64,000 bases of DNA from Haliotis rufescens (lineage: Eukaryota). The notes under the pieces were generated by a model. That model was not told the DNA's origin and made no database searches. It was given only the letters and a program-made list of their open reading frames with translations. The translations under genes were made by a program, and so were the position numbers. Shown here in pieces: positions 9,080 to 23,710 of the stretch (within the stretch, counting starts at the first letter, position 1; every line of letters starts with the position of its first letter). The stretch lies in contig NW_025964369.1 in the NCBI RefSeq assembly GCF_023055435.1, positions 496,001 through 560,000 of the forward strand, read 5' to 3'.

Positions 9080-10360
9080 AAAAAGAACATTCAGTAAAAG
9101 AACATTTCAATACACAAACACTTTCAATGTAATACAATATTTCAACACACAAACGCGATCAAAGTATAACAACATTTCAGCACATAAACGTGTTAAAATC
9201 AAAACAAGATTTCAATACATCAACAAATCAATTAAACCAAAATTTCAACACACACAGACCTTCAAAGTAAAACAAATGTCAACACGCGTTCAAAGTGTAA
9301 AAAAAGGTTCAGCACACAAACAAATTAAGGTAAAACATTTCAAGGCACAAACATGTTCAAAGTACAAAAACCTTTCAACACACAAACACGTTCAATGTCA
9401 TACAATATTTCAAGCACGAAAAGGCGTCAAAGTAAAACATGTCAACTCAAAAAAACGATTTCAAATACAAGGATTTAACAGACACAGACGTTCAAAGTAA
9501 ATTTACATTTCAATCCTAAAACACGATCAACGTAAAACAGTTCAGCACACAAACACATTAAAAGTAAAACAACATTTCAACATATAAACATGTTCAAAGT
9601 GCAAATCATTTCAACACACATAACACGTTCAATGTCATACAATAGTTCAAGCACAAAAAGGTGTCAAAGTAAAACATGTCAACACACAAACGCTTTCAAA
9701 ATACAAGAATTTAACACACACAGACGTTCAGAAGTAAAGCTACATTTCAAACACGTTCAACGTAAAACAGTTCAGCACACAAACACATTAAAAGTAAAAC
9801 AACATTTAAAGACACGAACACGTTCAAAGCAAAATAACATTTCAACACACAAACATGTTGAAGGTGAAACATCATTTCATCACACACACAGACATTCAAA
9901 GTAAAAGAACATTTCAACGCACAAACACGTTCAAAGCAAAACAACATTTCAACACACAAACACGTTCAAAGTAAAAGAACATTTTAAGACACAAACACGT
10001 TCAGAGGAAACCAACCATTCAATACACAAGCACTTTCAAAGAAGAACAACATTTCAATACACAAAAACGTTCAAAGTAAAACAACATTTCAATACACAAA
10101 CACGTTCAAAGTAAAACAATATTTCAATGAACAAACACGTTCAAAGTAAAACAACAATTCAATACACAAACACTTTCAAAGAAGAACAATATTTCAATAC
10201 ACACAGACATTCAATGTAAAACATTTCAACACACAAACACGTTCAAAGTAAAACATCATTTCAACACACACAGACATTCAAAGTAAAAGATCATTTCAAC
10301 ACACAAACACGTTCAATGTAACGTAATATTTCAATCACAAATACGTTCAAAGTAATCCAA
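9080..10360. repeat. 35-bp minisatellite, unit 2
   Basis: As unit 1, about 3 monomers longer. Confidence 0.9.
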
Positions 10361-12605
10361 CAGTAAAAGAAATGGTCGAACCCTTTCCATTTAGTTTCTT
10401 TTAAATTGAAAGCAAGATCATGATTTTTATGAATGTTTATTATTTCTTCTCGTCGATATATTGCGGAATTGTACAGAAGCCGTAAATATTATCAGATTCA
10501 CTCACTGGTCAATCACATCCCCACTTCCCCATTGCCTGCGATAGGATCTAAATAGTTAATTGAATAATAGGTCAGCTGAAGCAACTCCACGTAGCAATTA
10601 TTGCTTGATTAATTAATTGAAGGAGATTATATTTTAACCTTTATAGTTAGAAAACTTGTTTGGAAACTATATAAAACCGACAGTGTGTCACTAATTTTGA
10701 TAGATAATGTTACATACTTGCATGGTCAAGTATGACGTGGGTTTGACCGCCAAGATCGATTAGGTGTGTATGATAAATGTTGCCGTAGGTTAGGAAGAAT
10801 GACGAAAGGTGTGCTCCAGGAAATTAGAAAACAGGAGTGGTTTTACACGCAGCATGGTGACATGCATGTCACGTGATAACTGCACGTGTATATATTACCC
10901 TGGCAGAGTTGTATCTTTCCACTTCGATATCAAGTCATTCTTCGTCGACCCATCTACAGTCGTAGGTAAGTGAGTGTCCTAACATTCTGACATGTCATTT
11001 GCTTATTCATTTGCACTTTTTTCTTTTAGTTCCTTTCGATTCCCGACATGGGTACAATGTGTGAAGCTCATTTCTGGTGTTCCCCGCCGTGATATTGCTG
11101 GAATATTGCTACAAGCGGCTTAAAACCATACTCACTCACTCTTTTAGTTCTCAAAAACACAACGTGATTGTGAGTGAAACCATGCTAAACAAACAACTGT
11201 TACACGTGAGTTAACTGAAGTTCCTTGGTCTGATATTTTGGTTGCAAATTTTGCTTTATGCTAGCTGGATTTGAGATTAATTTAAAGGTTTAAGACAGAG
11301 TGTGCATTAACTGTAATGATCATATTGAAGATGAAATACATGTTTTATTCCAATGTCCACTATACGATGATCTAAGATCTACATTATTTACAGGTATAAC
11401 GTGACTGGAATACTGTTAAAAGCGGCGTTAACCCCAACTCACTCACTCACTCACTACAAGTATAACGCCTAAAATGTCCAACTCTCTAAACGGGTCAAAC
11501 AATGAGACATGGTTTAAACATGAGGAATATGTCACTGCCAACACCTGCTTTTTAATATTACAACGCAAAAAGCTATTTCTATATGGGTAAAACATTTTTA
11601 TCTGTATAAATCATCCTGTTTTGTCTATCGTCTCTCATAACTTTTTATGGATGGTATGTATTATTATTTGTATGTATCAACGTCTAATTTCTGCATGTTA
11701 TTTTATGATGTACAGCAGTGAGACGAATATAAGATATATGTGTGTCTGTCTGCGTTCAAGTCGCGTTGAACACAACTCAGCCACTCATGATCTCTCTACA
11801 GTAAAGTACGATTATAACGAACTCAAAGGGACTTCTAATTTTAGTTCGTTATAACCGTAGTTCGTTATAAGCATTCATACAGCATAACTACAGCAATTAG
11901 TCGGGACCAAAAAAGTAACTTCGTTATATACGTCAGCTCGTTATAAGCGTGTTCGTTATAACCGTAGTGTACTCTATTCTAATTGACCTTGAATGAAGAC
12001 TGATGTATTCACTTGCCATGCTGGACTGTGCCAATGGTGTTTTCTGGATCTGTTTCTATTCTGCCTTTATTCATAAATGAACTTATATCACAAATCAAGC
12101 GAAACTGTGATAGATGCGTTCAGTTTCATCTTAAACTATCTAAATATTCATATTCTATGCATTGGTGATATAATCCTATTTACAATTTAAAACGTCAACA
12201 ATAGAGAATAACCAACCTCGATAATCTGGCGAAACAGTTTCCATATGGCGTAAAAGGCAGAATGGTCATGCTAGTAGCGCACCAACCCAAGAAACCAAGA
12301 TGTTAGTTTGAAAGTTAGAAAGTTATTTCGATAATGTAAAACCTTGAAACGTAAATTCTGCCTACCTAACACACAGGAACGGTTCACCACTACTTGTATG
12401 TTCTAAAATGAAGTTTAGGTTTTGCCAAATCTTGCAAAATATAACCCGAAATCTCAACCGAACAGAATATGTAAAGTTCTACGTGTGCTTCATTAAAACG
12501 GAATGTATTTACAATTTACGTTAATTTCAGAATCGTATGAATTAGCACGCTTTTTTTAAATAGTTAATATCAATGATACCAATTATTTTCCAGCAAGCCA
12601 GCACC

Positions 12606-13327
12606 ATGAACTCCGTCATTGTCTTGGTAGCATGCCTGGTGGCGGCCGCTGTCGCCGAGCCTATTGGCTACGGTAAGGGTCTTTACGGTGGATTTGGAGG
12701 ATTAGGAGGAGGATTGGGATATGGTGGACTTGGAGGATACGGATTAGGCCTTGGAGGACTTGGAGGATTTGGAGGACTTGGAGGATACGGAGGACTTGGA
12801 GGACTTGGAGGACTTGGAGGATTCGGAGGACTTGGAGGATACGGAGGACTTGGAGGATACGGAGGACTTGGAGGATTTGGAGGAATTGGAGGATACGGAG
12901 GACTTGGATACGGAGGTCTTGGATACGGAGGACTCGGAGGGTTTGGAGGAATCGGAGGTTTTGGAAAATATGGTAGGTGGTACTTTAGTCGCCTTGATGA
13001 ATTTACTGAATTTCCAAATTATGCTTACACTGTACATGTACCAGTATGTCTTACACCACAATGCAGATACATCTTCATGGCCACTTCAGATGAATACAAT
13101 ATAACTGTTACATGGAGTATGTTCTGTCTAAACAATCCATTTGATCGCACAGAAAAGATTATATTTTAACATGTAAGTCAGGTTATTCTCCCTTTGAACG
13201 TTGCTGCTCCAGACGTGGCCCAACAGATCGTCTGTTAGAGTTGCAGATGCAGAGACGTTTCCCAAGCAGTTAAATAACTGATTGTCATACTTTACCAATC
13301 TTTTCTTTCTTTTCAGGACATTATTAA
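12606..13327 (+). CDS. Secreted glycine-rich protein, copy 2, 125 aa; join(12606..12972,13317..13327)
   Basis: Same signal peptide, splice sites and stop as copy 1; AATAAA at 13431. Confidence 0.9.
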
Positions 13328-15088
13328 TCTAACAACCTGACGATGTTGATAAAGACGATGAACGTGCACCACCAGACACGTTTGTATATATAGCCTTCTG
13401 AATGTATGAACTGTGATGACGTCGACCTTGAATAAAGCGCGCATGCAACATGAAACCTTCTAGTTCTTCCTTAAAACTTCCATTACCTACAATGAGGTGC
13501 AGAGAGGTTCCAAGAATTATATGCTTGTCTGTGCGGGTGCTTTGAAGTGTTCCTGCAAAGTTCCTGCTATACGACGGCAAACCTATAAATAATCGAGCCT
13601 TGACCAGACAATGCATCATATCATCATCATCATCATATTTGCTATTGCCCACCTTAATATCATAAAAAACACGAGCTAACGAAATTCACAAAAATGATGG
13701 AAGCAGATGAAACTCTATAACAGACATTTTCACTGAAAATAGTTATCACCGCTTAGTGGAAACTTGGGATAATACCTGATCAGAACATTTTGATTTATAA
13801 CAAGTGTCAGTGCAAATTGGACGCTTCGGATAAAACCTCATAGCAACAGTTTTACTTTTAACAAGTGCCACTGCAAATTGGACGCTTAGGATAAAATTCC
13901 ATCAGAGCATTCTAACTTATAAAAAGTGTCACTGTAAGTTGGACACTTGGGATAATACCCCACAAGAGCATTTATTCTCAGAACATGAGATACAATTATA
14001 TACAATTTTTAATCTGTACAAAATTACAGCAGTTAACAAGAATAATAGAATTGGAATACGTTGTTTCTACTACAATTTACAAATTGTTATACACATGTTG
14101 AAGGAATTTAGATAGGCCTTTCAGATCTCTTACACTGTTAATGGTCAAAGGTTTCTTAAATTGAGACAGGTTTGGAAACATAAAATATTGTTTATTTTAG
14201 AGTATCGCTTTTGGACAAAAGCGTCCCATCGATTTATTTATATTTAAATGAAGCGAAAAAACCCTTTCTTTATCAAATAGAAATCTCTGCACAAAGCTGA
14301 GTCGATTGTACGATTCTGACTGTCATGAGCATGCGTTTATGAATTACCATCAAATAGTAATGGCACCCATCACAGACACATGCAAAGGCAAGTCAGTTGT
14401 TCACCTGAAAAAGCACAGGAACATATGGTACAGGTAAAAATAGGGAATTGCATCGGACATCATTTTTGTCACTGATGCGTCAAATTTGGAAATGTGGATG
14501 GTCTTCCCTGGGAATGTTCCGCCATCGACCAGTTTTAACGGGTAATATATGATTAGTAGTTCTGAATTTTAATATAGAGAGAAATATTGATTTTGAGAGC
14601 AATATATATTTCTCAAATGAAGGTTGATTCTTCATGTACTTGAAGTACTTAGTATGATGCACACTTCTTTATGAATAGTGTACATGTATTTTGTAAAGTA
14701 TTTGGGACGGTTTATGATACTCTTCTGTTGAAGCAAGCTTATGCAAAGGAACAACACGTTTATAAAACCCGATAATTGTATTTTATTTGATAAACAGTGT
14801 TACAGCAAATTGGACTAGTTAAAAAAGTTCTTTGAGAGCATTTTAACTGATAACAAGTGTCAAAGCGAATTGGACGCTTGAAACGAAACCAAACAACAGC
14901 ATATTAACTGACAACAAATGTCACAGCAAAATGGACACTACGGATAAAACCACAACAGCTTAGACGCATATGATCTTTTGCAACGTGCTGGTGACTCAGT
15001 AAACCCACATGGCCGCAAATCATTTGGCACATAAGAAAGTGGGGGGGGGGGATTTGCGGGGGGGGGGGGGGGGGGGGGGGGGTGTGTG

Positions 15089-15122
<34 letters not shown>

Positions 15123-15725
15123 TGATGACAGTGGGTACTGGGTGGTATACAGGTCTTATATTTCCCTTGATGCTTACAACAACCGTCATCGTGGTGTGTT
15201 GCACAGCTTAACAATACACGACCACTATTACATCAACATTATAATATTATAATCATTGGAATTTAAAAAGCAAACTGCTATAGAACGGCATCTTTTACAT
15301 CCTCATTCCAAACACAGAGTTATCATAATCATCATATCAGATATTGCCCATGTTTACATCATATAGAACACGGGCCAACGAAAGTCACAAGAATGATCAA
15401 ACCAGATGGAAGTACAGAATAGTATTTTAACTGACAAGTATCACGGCATATTGGACTGATATTGGACCCCATAGGAGCATTTTAACTTGGTGGGTGGTGT
15501 AAGGAGCTTATGTTTCCTTGATGCTTACAACAAACGTTATCTAGGCGTGTTCCATAGCCTCTTATCAAAGCTTAAGAATACATAACTTCTATCGTATCAA
15601 CATTATAATAGTATATGCTATTTTTGGAATTAAAAAAGCAAACTGCAATGGAAAAGAATCCTTTGCATCCTCATTCCAAACACATTTGACCCTCTGACCG
15701 TCTCTCATCTTCCTGCTCGTCACAT

Positions 15726-15832
15726 GTAGGGGTAGCCTAGTGGTAACTCATATAGCCGTAGGCCCACACATGGCTAAAATTTCTCGTCGTGATTTTGCAG
15801 AAAACAGCGTAAAACCATACTTACTCACTCAT
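15726..15832 (+). mobile_element. Old degenerate SINE (equivalent in each unit; truncated in unit 1, diverged near 62110-62245)
   Basis: ggggtagcctagtggt head and gcgtaaaaccatacttactcactc tail. Confidence 0.6.
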
Positions 15833-15939
15833 CATTGGCGCATGCGTCAACTGTTTCAAAACAGATTATTGACAGGGTATCAAAGAAACAAGACACGGGG
15901 AAGTGTTGAGAATGATGATATGTTCGTATTCCAAAGTTC

Positions 15940-16560
15940 TTGCATTTTGACTCGGATACTGAGGACTCGGATACGGAGGACTTAGAGGACTACGATACTG
16001 AGGACTTCGTTACGGAGGATTTGGAAAAGGAGATCTTGGATAAGGAGGACTTGGTAACTAAGGACATGGAGGATTTGAGGACTGGGATACGGAGTACATG
16101 GACACGGAGTATTCGGAGGACTGGGATACGGAGTACTTGGATACGGAGTACTTGGAGGACTGGGATACGGAGTACTTGGGTACGGAGTACTTGGATACGG
16201 AGTACTTGTATACGGAGTATTTGGAGGACTGGGTTACGGAGGACTTGGACAAACTTGAAGGACTTTGATAGGGAAGTCCCGGATACGGAGGATTCGGATA
16301 CGGAGAAATCGCATACGGAGGACTTTGAGGACTTTGATACGATGACTCGAATACGGATGGCTTTTCAGGATTTCAGGGGTGTCAGGACTCGGTTGAGGAC
16401 TTGGACACAGATGACTTTGAAGATTCGGACGTCTTGGGGGATTCGGAGGTTTCAGAAAATACAGTAGCTGATACTATGACCGCCTTATAGATGTATTAAC
16501 TCTCATTCAACATGTTATCTACACTAGTGCTGGCATGTTTCACACACAAATTCAGATAGA
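15940..16560 (+). pseudogene. Decayed paralogous Gly-rich exon (unit 2)
   Basis: Near-identical to 6634-7255. Confidence 0.8.
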
Positions 16561-16589
16561 TTTGAATACATCAGAATACAATGTATGTT

Positions 16590-17442
16590 CGAGGGGCGTT
16601 CAATGAGTTTTGTGGGGACACGGGTGGCCCAGTCGTCTAGGGCGCCGCGATTCGCTGTGCAGAGTTGCGTCCCTTGGGCAGGCCAGAAACCTATGATTGT
16701 TGGTTCGAATCCCGGTTCGCCCCAATTATGTTTCTAGGTTTGTCAGCACCATACCCGTGCTCGTGGGTTTCACCGAAGTGGTTAACGTCTTAGACCTGCA
16801 TCACTTCCGGCTTTCCTCCCACACTAAGCTGACACGCCGTGATATAACTGGAATAATGTTAAAAGCGGCGTTAAACCCAACTCACTCACTCAATAAGTTT
16901 TGCAACTTGGGCATTTGTGTATACACAAACAATGTCAACTTGTGGCAGGTGTGACACTAGACATAACATCAGGTTGACAGGTGTCATAACATGTTCCAGA
17001 CACAACACTAAGTTAGATGTGATGGCTTCATTCACCTAAGGGTGGTCACAATCATGGATTCTCTCAAACATGAACAACGCGCTGTAATAAAGTTCCTTAC
17101 CAAGGAGGGATGCAAAGCAAAAGAAATCCATATGTGCATTATGTGGATGTCGATTCGAACAGTTAAATCACACACCCTACAGCCCAGACTTAGCCCCCAG
17201 TGACTATTTCCTGTTCCAGCAAATGAAATCTGCCCTACGTGGAAGACGCTTCCAGGATGACGAGGACATAAAGGCTGCCACAGAGGCGTGGTTAGAGGGC
17301 CAATCTGTGGATTTCTATAAAAGTGGTATTAAAATCTTGAAGGATAAACGGAATGAGTGTATTGAGGTGAATGGAGATTATATTGAAAAATAATAGGGCA
17401 AAAGATATTCTGCGACTTGGTCTTATATTGAAGTTACAAAAC
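16590..17442 (+). mobile_element. Internally deleted mariner, unit 2
   Basis: As unit 1. Confidence 0.9.
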
Positions 17443-18406
17443 NNNNNNNNNNNNNNNNNNNNNNNNNNNNNNNNNNNNNNNNNNNNNNNNNNNNNNNNNN
17501 NNNNNNNNNNNNNNNNNNNNNNNNNNNNNNNNNNNNNNNNNNNNNNNNNNNNNNNNNNNNNNNNNNNNNNNNNNNNNNNNNNNNNNNNNNNNNNNNNNNN
17601 NNNNNNNNNNNNNNNNNNNNNNNNNNNNNNNNNNNNNNNNNNNNNNNNNNNNNNNNNNNNNNNNNNNNNNNNNNNNNNGACACCAGTTGAACAGCTCAAA
17701 TGATGATAACAAATACTAGGTATTCACAAGCATGACAACTGCTCTACCGTAGTCACAACGGCAAGCGCACGGGTTCAGATCGGGAAAAGGGTCAGTGTAA
17801 GGACGGGTGCTGCTGGCGAGTGACCGGAGTGTGGTTCTTTATACAGGCGGGAACCGAGCCATAAAAACAATTTATGGTTCCAATACAGTTCCCAGATATA
17901 TTGTCTTACCCTTAATCAATAAACACTGAACCCGGAGATGAGCGTCATAATATATATAAGTGTCGGCATGACGTGAAGCAGAATATTATCAGTATATTAA
18001 ATCTTCAAACTATCAGATTTGGCAGATTGCAGGTATTTTTAATGTAATCGTCATTGGCGTTTGTCGCGTGGGCCTGAGATCCCAATGCCGCGAGCACTGA
18101 GCTTTTGAAAATGTGCGTAACAAAATACAACTGACTCGGCAACCAGAGGGTTAACTGGCTTCATTTTGGTACATGTTGATACCTAGTAACCAAAGCTCAT
18201 ATGTCCTCATTAACCTTAAAGCCCTAAGGCTTCGCTACACGCGCCAAAATATGCAAGTTGACAAGTTCCCTTTGGGCCATCAGTTAAAACACTTCCCTCC
18301 CCATTGGCAAATCATTTAGTTTATAGTGAGAGTGAGAGAGTTTAGCTCCTGTCCATCATGTTATATATCTATGAATGTCTTGTACATAAAACGTCTTCAT
18401 CATGCT

Positions 18407-19580
18407 AAAAAGAACATTCAGTAAAAGAACATTTCAATACACAAACACTTTCAATGTAATACAATATTTCAACACACAAACGCGATCAAAGTATAACAAC
18501 ATTTCAGCACACAAACGTGTTAAAATCAAAACAAGATTTCAATACATCAACAAATCAATTAAACCAAAATTTCAACACACACAGACCTTCAAAGTAAAAT
18601 AAATGTCAACACGCGTTCAAAGTGTAAAAAAAGGTTCAGCACACAAACACATTAAGGTAAAACATTTCAAGGCACAAACATGTTCAAAGTACAAAAACCT
18701 TTCAACACACAAACACGTTCAATGTCATACAATATTTCAAGCACGAAAAGGCGTCAAAGTAAAACATGTCAACTCAAAAAAACGATTTAAAAATACAAGG
18801 ATTTAACAGACACAGACGTTCAAAGTAAATTTACATTTCAATCCTAAAACACGTTCAACGTAAAACAGTTCAGCACACAAACACATTAAAAGTAAAACAA
18901 CATTTCAACATATAAACATGTTCAAAGTGCAAATCATTTCAACACACAAACACGTTCAATGTCATACAATAGTTCAAGCACAAAAAGGTGTCAAAGTAAA
19001 ACATGTCAACACACAAACGCTTTCAAAATACAAGAATTTAACACACACAGACGTTCAGAAGTAAAGCTACATTTCAAACACGTTCAACGTAAAACAGTTC
19101 AGCACACAAACACATTAAAAGTAAAACAACATTTAAAGACACGAATACGTTCAAAGCAAAACAACATTTCAACACACAAACACGTTCAAAGTAAAAGAAC
19201 ATTTTAAGACACAAACACGTTCAGAGGAAACCAACCATTCAATACACAAGCACTTTCAAAGAAGAACAACATTTCAATACACAAAAACGTTCAAAGTAAA
19301 ACAACATTTCAATACACAAACACGTTCAAAGTAAAACAATATTTCAATGAACAAACACGTTCAAAGTAAAACAACAATTCAATACACAAACACTTTCAAA
19401 GAAGAACAACATTTCAATACACACAGACATTCAATGTAAAACATTTCAACACACAAACACGTTCAAAGTAAAACATCATTTCAACACACACAGACATTCA
19501 AAGTAAAATATCATTTCAACACACAAACACGTTCAATGTAACGTAATATTTCAATCACAAATACGTTCAAAGTAATCCAA
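18407..19580. repeat. 35-bp minisatellite, unit 3
   Basis: Short allele like unit 1. Confidence 0.9.
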
Positions 19581-22504
19581 CAGTAAAAGAAATGGTCGAA
19601 CCCTTTCCATTTAGTTTCTTTTAAATTGAAAGCAAGATCATGATTTTTATGAATGTTTATTATTTCTTCTCGTTGATATATTGCGGAATTGTACAGAAGC
19701 CGTAAATATTATCAGATTCACTCACTGGTCAATCACATCCAAACTTCCCCATTGCCTGCGATAGGATCTAAATAGTTAATTGAATAATAGGTCAGCTGAA
19801 GCAACTCCACGTAGCAATTATTGCTTGATTAATTAATTGAAGGAGATTATATTTTAACCTTTATAGTTAGAAAACTTGTTTGGAAACTATATAAAACCGA
19901 CAGTGTGTCACTAATTTTGATAGATAATGTTACATACTTGCATGGTCAAGTATGACGTGGGTTTGACCGCCAAGATCGATTAGGTGTGTATGATAAATGT
20001 TGCCTTAGGTTAGGAAGAATTACGAAAGGTGTGCTCCAGGAAATTAGAAAACAGGAGTGGTTTTACACCCTGCATGGTGACATGCATGTCACGTGATAAC
20101 TGCACGTGTATATATTACCCTGGCAGAGTTGTATCTTTCCACTTCGATATCAAGTCATTCTTCGTCGACCCATCTACAGTCGTAGGTAAGTGAGTGTCCT
20201 AACATTCTGACATGTCATTTGCTTATTCATTTGCACTTTTTTCTTTTAGTTCCTTTCCATTCCCGACATGGGTACAATGTGTGAAGCTCATTTCTGGTGT
20301 TCCCCGCCGTGATATTGCTGGAATATTGCTACAAGCGGCTTCAAACCATACTCACTCACTCTTTTAGTTCTCAAAAACACAACGTGATTGTGAGTGAAAC
20401 CATGCTTATGCTAATTTTGCTTTATGCTAGCTGGATTTGATATTAATTTAAAGGTTTAAGACAGAGTATGCATTAACTGTAATGATCATATTGAAGATTT
20501 AATACATGTTTTATTCCAATGTCCACTATACGATGATCTAAGATCTACATTATTTACAAGTATAACGTGACTGGAATACTATTAAAAGCGGTGTTAAACC
20601 CAACTCACTCACTCACTCACTCAGTCACTCACTACAAGTATAACGGCTAAAATGTCCAACTCTGTAAACGGGTCAAACAATGAGACATGGTTTAAACATG
20701 AGGAATATGTCACTGCCAACACCTGCTTTTTAATATTACAACGCAAAAAGCTATTTCTATATGGGTAAAACATTTTTATCTGTATCAATCATCCTGTTTT
20801 GTCTATCGTCTCTCATAACTTTTTATGGATGGTATGTATTATTATTTGTATGTATAAACGTCTAATTTATGCATGTTATTTTATGATGAACAGCAGTCAG
20901 ACGAATACAAGATATATGTGTGTCTGTCTGCGTTCAAGTCGCGTTGAACACAACTCAGCCACTCATGATCTCTCTACAGTAAAGTACGGTTATAACGAAC
21001 TCAAATTTACTACTAATTTTAGTTCGTTATAACCGTAGTTCGTTATAAGCATATATACAACATAACTACAACAAATAGTCGGGAGCAAAAAAGTAAGTTC
21101 GTTATATCCGTCAGTTCGTTATAAGCGTGTTCGTTATAACCGTAGTGTACTCTATTTTAATTGACTTTGAATGAAGATGCTGGCGTGATAGCGCACTGGT
21201 TAACGTAAACACATCGTTTGATTGCCTGCATTTTATTACATTCTAATTTGATTTCATTCACAGGGTTTTAAGAACAAGACTGAGAGTCGTTTGTATAATA
21301 GATAACAATGTTTTATCAGAAATACGGATGTATTCACTTGCCATGCTGGACTGTGCCAAGGGTGTTTTCTGGATCTGTTTCTATTCTACCTTATTCATAA
21401 ATGAACTTATATCACAAATCAAGCGAAACTGTAATAGATGCGTTCAGTTTTATCTTAAACTATTTAGATATTCATATTCTATGCATTGGTGATATTATCC
21501 TATTTACAATTTTAAACGTCAACAACAGAGAATAACCAACCTCGATAATCTGGCAAAACAGATTCCATATGGCGTAAAAGTCAGAATGGTCATGCTAGTA
21601 GAGCATTAACCCAAGAAATCAAGATATTAGGTTGAAAGTTAGAAAGTTGTTTCGATAATGTAAAACCTGGAAACGTAAATTCTGGCTACCTAACACACAG
21701 GAACGGTTCACCACTACTTGTATGTGCTAAAATGTAGTTTAGGTTTTGCCAAATCTTGCAAAATATAAACAAAAGTAACAAAAAATACTAAGGGTCACGA
21801 AAATTTTGTAGGACACATATAGATTTAAAATTATATACAATAACAACATTAACAAAAAAATATTCTTAAAATCTTCGAGGCCGCTGTTGGAAGCGAAAGA
21901 ATACACGCTGATCAAGTAACAAAAATGGCGTTTGCAAAACGAACATTCTCGATTAACGAGTTAAAGGAGATATTTACAGTTTATAACGAAATGTTTCAAG
22001 AGAATAATAAGAGATACGAAGCCATATTGACTCCATAAAAGACCATCTGTCATTATTTTGCCTTGTCAATATGGAACTAACGTTAAAAGGAAGTTAACAC
22101 CGGCTAGACACTCACGATAAAGGGAGACAATTTGAGGGGAGGTCACTCTTGTATGACATCAGTTCCGTCAAAGTGTTATGTTCACAGCAATTAAATAACA
22201 AGTGTTATCTTCACTGCATTGAAATATCAATTGTTATGTTCACTGAAGTTAAAATATCCCTTTTCTCAACTTCGGAAAACTCATTCTTTCACACTAAAGT
22301 ATATACAAAATATATATATTCGGTTTGATATAACCACAGTAATTCCAATTCCCGAACAGAATATGTAAAGGTTTTTTTTACGTGTGCTTCATGAAAACGG
22401 AATGTATTTACAATTTACGTAAATGTCAGAACCTTATGAATGAGCACGCTTTTTTTAATTAGTTAATATCAATGATACCAATTATTTTCCAGCAAGCCAG
22501 CACC

Positions 22505-23223
22505 ATGAACTCTGTCATTGTCTTGGTAGCATGCCTGGTGGCGGCCGCTGTCGCCGAGCCTATTGGCTACGGTAAGGGTCTTTACGGTGGATTTGGAGGA
22601 TTAGGAGGAATGGGATATGGTGGACTTGGAGGATACGGATTAGGCCTCGGACTTGGAGGACTTGGAGGATTTGGAGGATACGGAGGATACGGAGGACTTG
22701 GATACGGAGGACTTGGAGGATTCGGAGGACTTGGAGGATACGGAGGACTAGGATACGGAGGACTTGGAGGATTCGGAGGACTTGGAGGATACGGAGGACT
22801 TGGATACGGAGGTCTTGGATACGGAGGTCTCGGAGGGTTTGGAGGAATCGGAGGTTTTGGAAAATATGGTAGGTGACACTGTAGTCGCCTTGATGAAATT
22901 ACTGAATTTCCAAATTATGCTTACACTGTACATGTACCAGTATGTCTTACACCACAATGCAGATACATCTTCATGGCCACTTCAGATGACTACAATATAA
23001 CTGTTACATGGAGTATGTTCTGTCTAAACAATCCAATTGATCGCACAGAAAAGAACATATTTTAACATGTAAGTCAGGTTATTCTCCTTGTGAACGTTGC
23101 TGCTCCACACTTGGTCCAACAGATCGTCTGTCAGAGTTGCAGGTACAGACACAATCCCCAAGCAGTTAAATAACTGATTGTCATACTTTACCAATCTTTT
23201 CTTTCTTTTCAGGACATTATTAA
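22505..23223 (+). CDS. Secreted glycine-rich protein, copy 3 (type B), 124 aa; join(22505..22868,23213..23223)
   Basis: Same structure; GGMGY variant; AATAAA at 23328. Confidence 0.9.
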
Positions 23224-23418
23224 TCTAACAACCTGACGATGTTGATAAAGACGAATGAACGTGCACCACCAGACACGTTTGTATATATAGCCTTCTGAAT
23301 GTATGAATTGTGATGACGTCGACCTTGAATAAAGCGCGCATGCAACATGAAACCTTCTAGTTCTTCCTTAAAACTTCCATTACCTACAATAAGGTGCAGA
23401 GAGGTTCCAAGAATTATA

Positions 23419-23710
23419 GACCGCCTCCGTGGTCTAGTGGTAGAGCGTCCGTCGATCCCTGTCATACCAAAAGACGTTAAAAGATGGTACTTGTTGTTAC
23501 CCTTGTTACCCTGCCTGGCCCTCCGTATACTGTGTCTGAATGGGGTATACATGTTAAACTGCGGCATGGTATCTCAGTGAGCTAGCACTATACATCGGCA
23601 TCAGTCCGGACTAGTACAAGCAACCACACACACACAAACACACGTGCATGCAGGTCGCTATATAAGTGCAATAATCTTGGACGCGGCGTTAAACCCCATT
23701 TCACCTCGCC
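23419..23710 (+). mobile_element. SINE with Meta-domain-like core, specific to type B units (unit 3)
   Basis: Perfect 13-bp TSD tccaagaattata; empty site in the other units; A box gtggtctagtgg; core gtcataccaaaagacgttaaaagatggtacttgttg. Confidence 0.88.
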
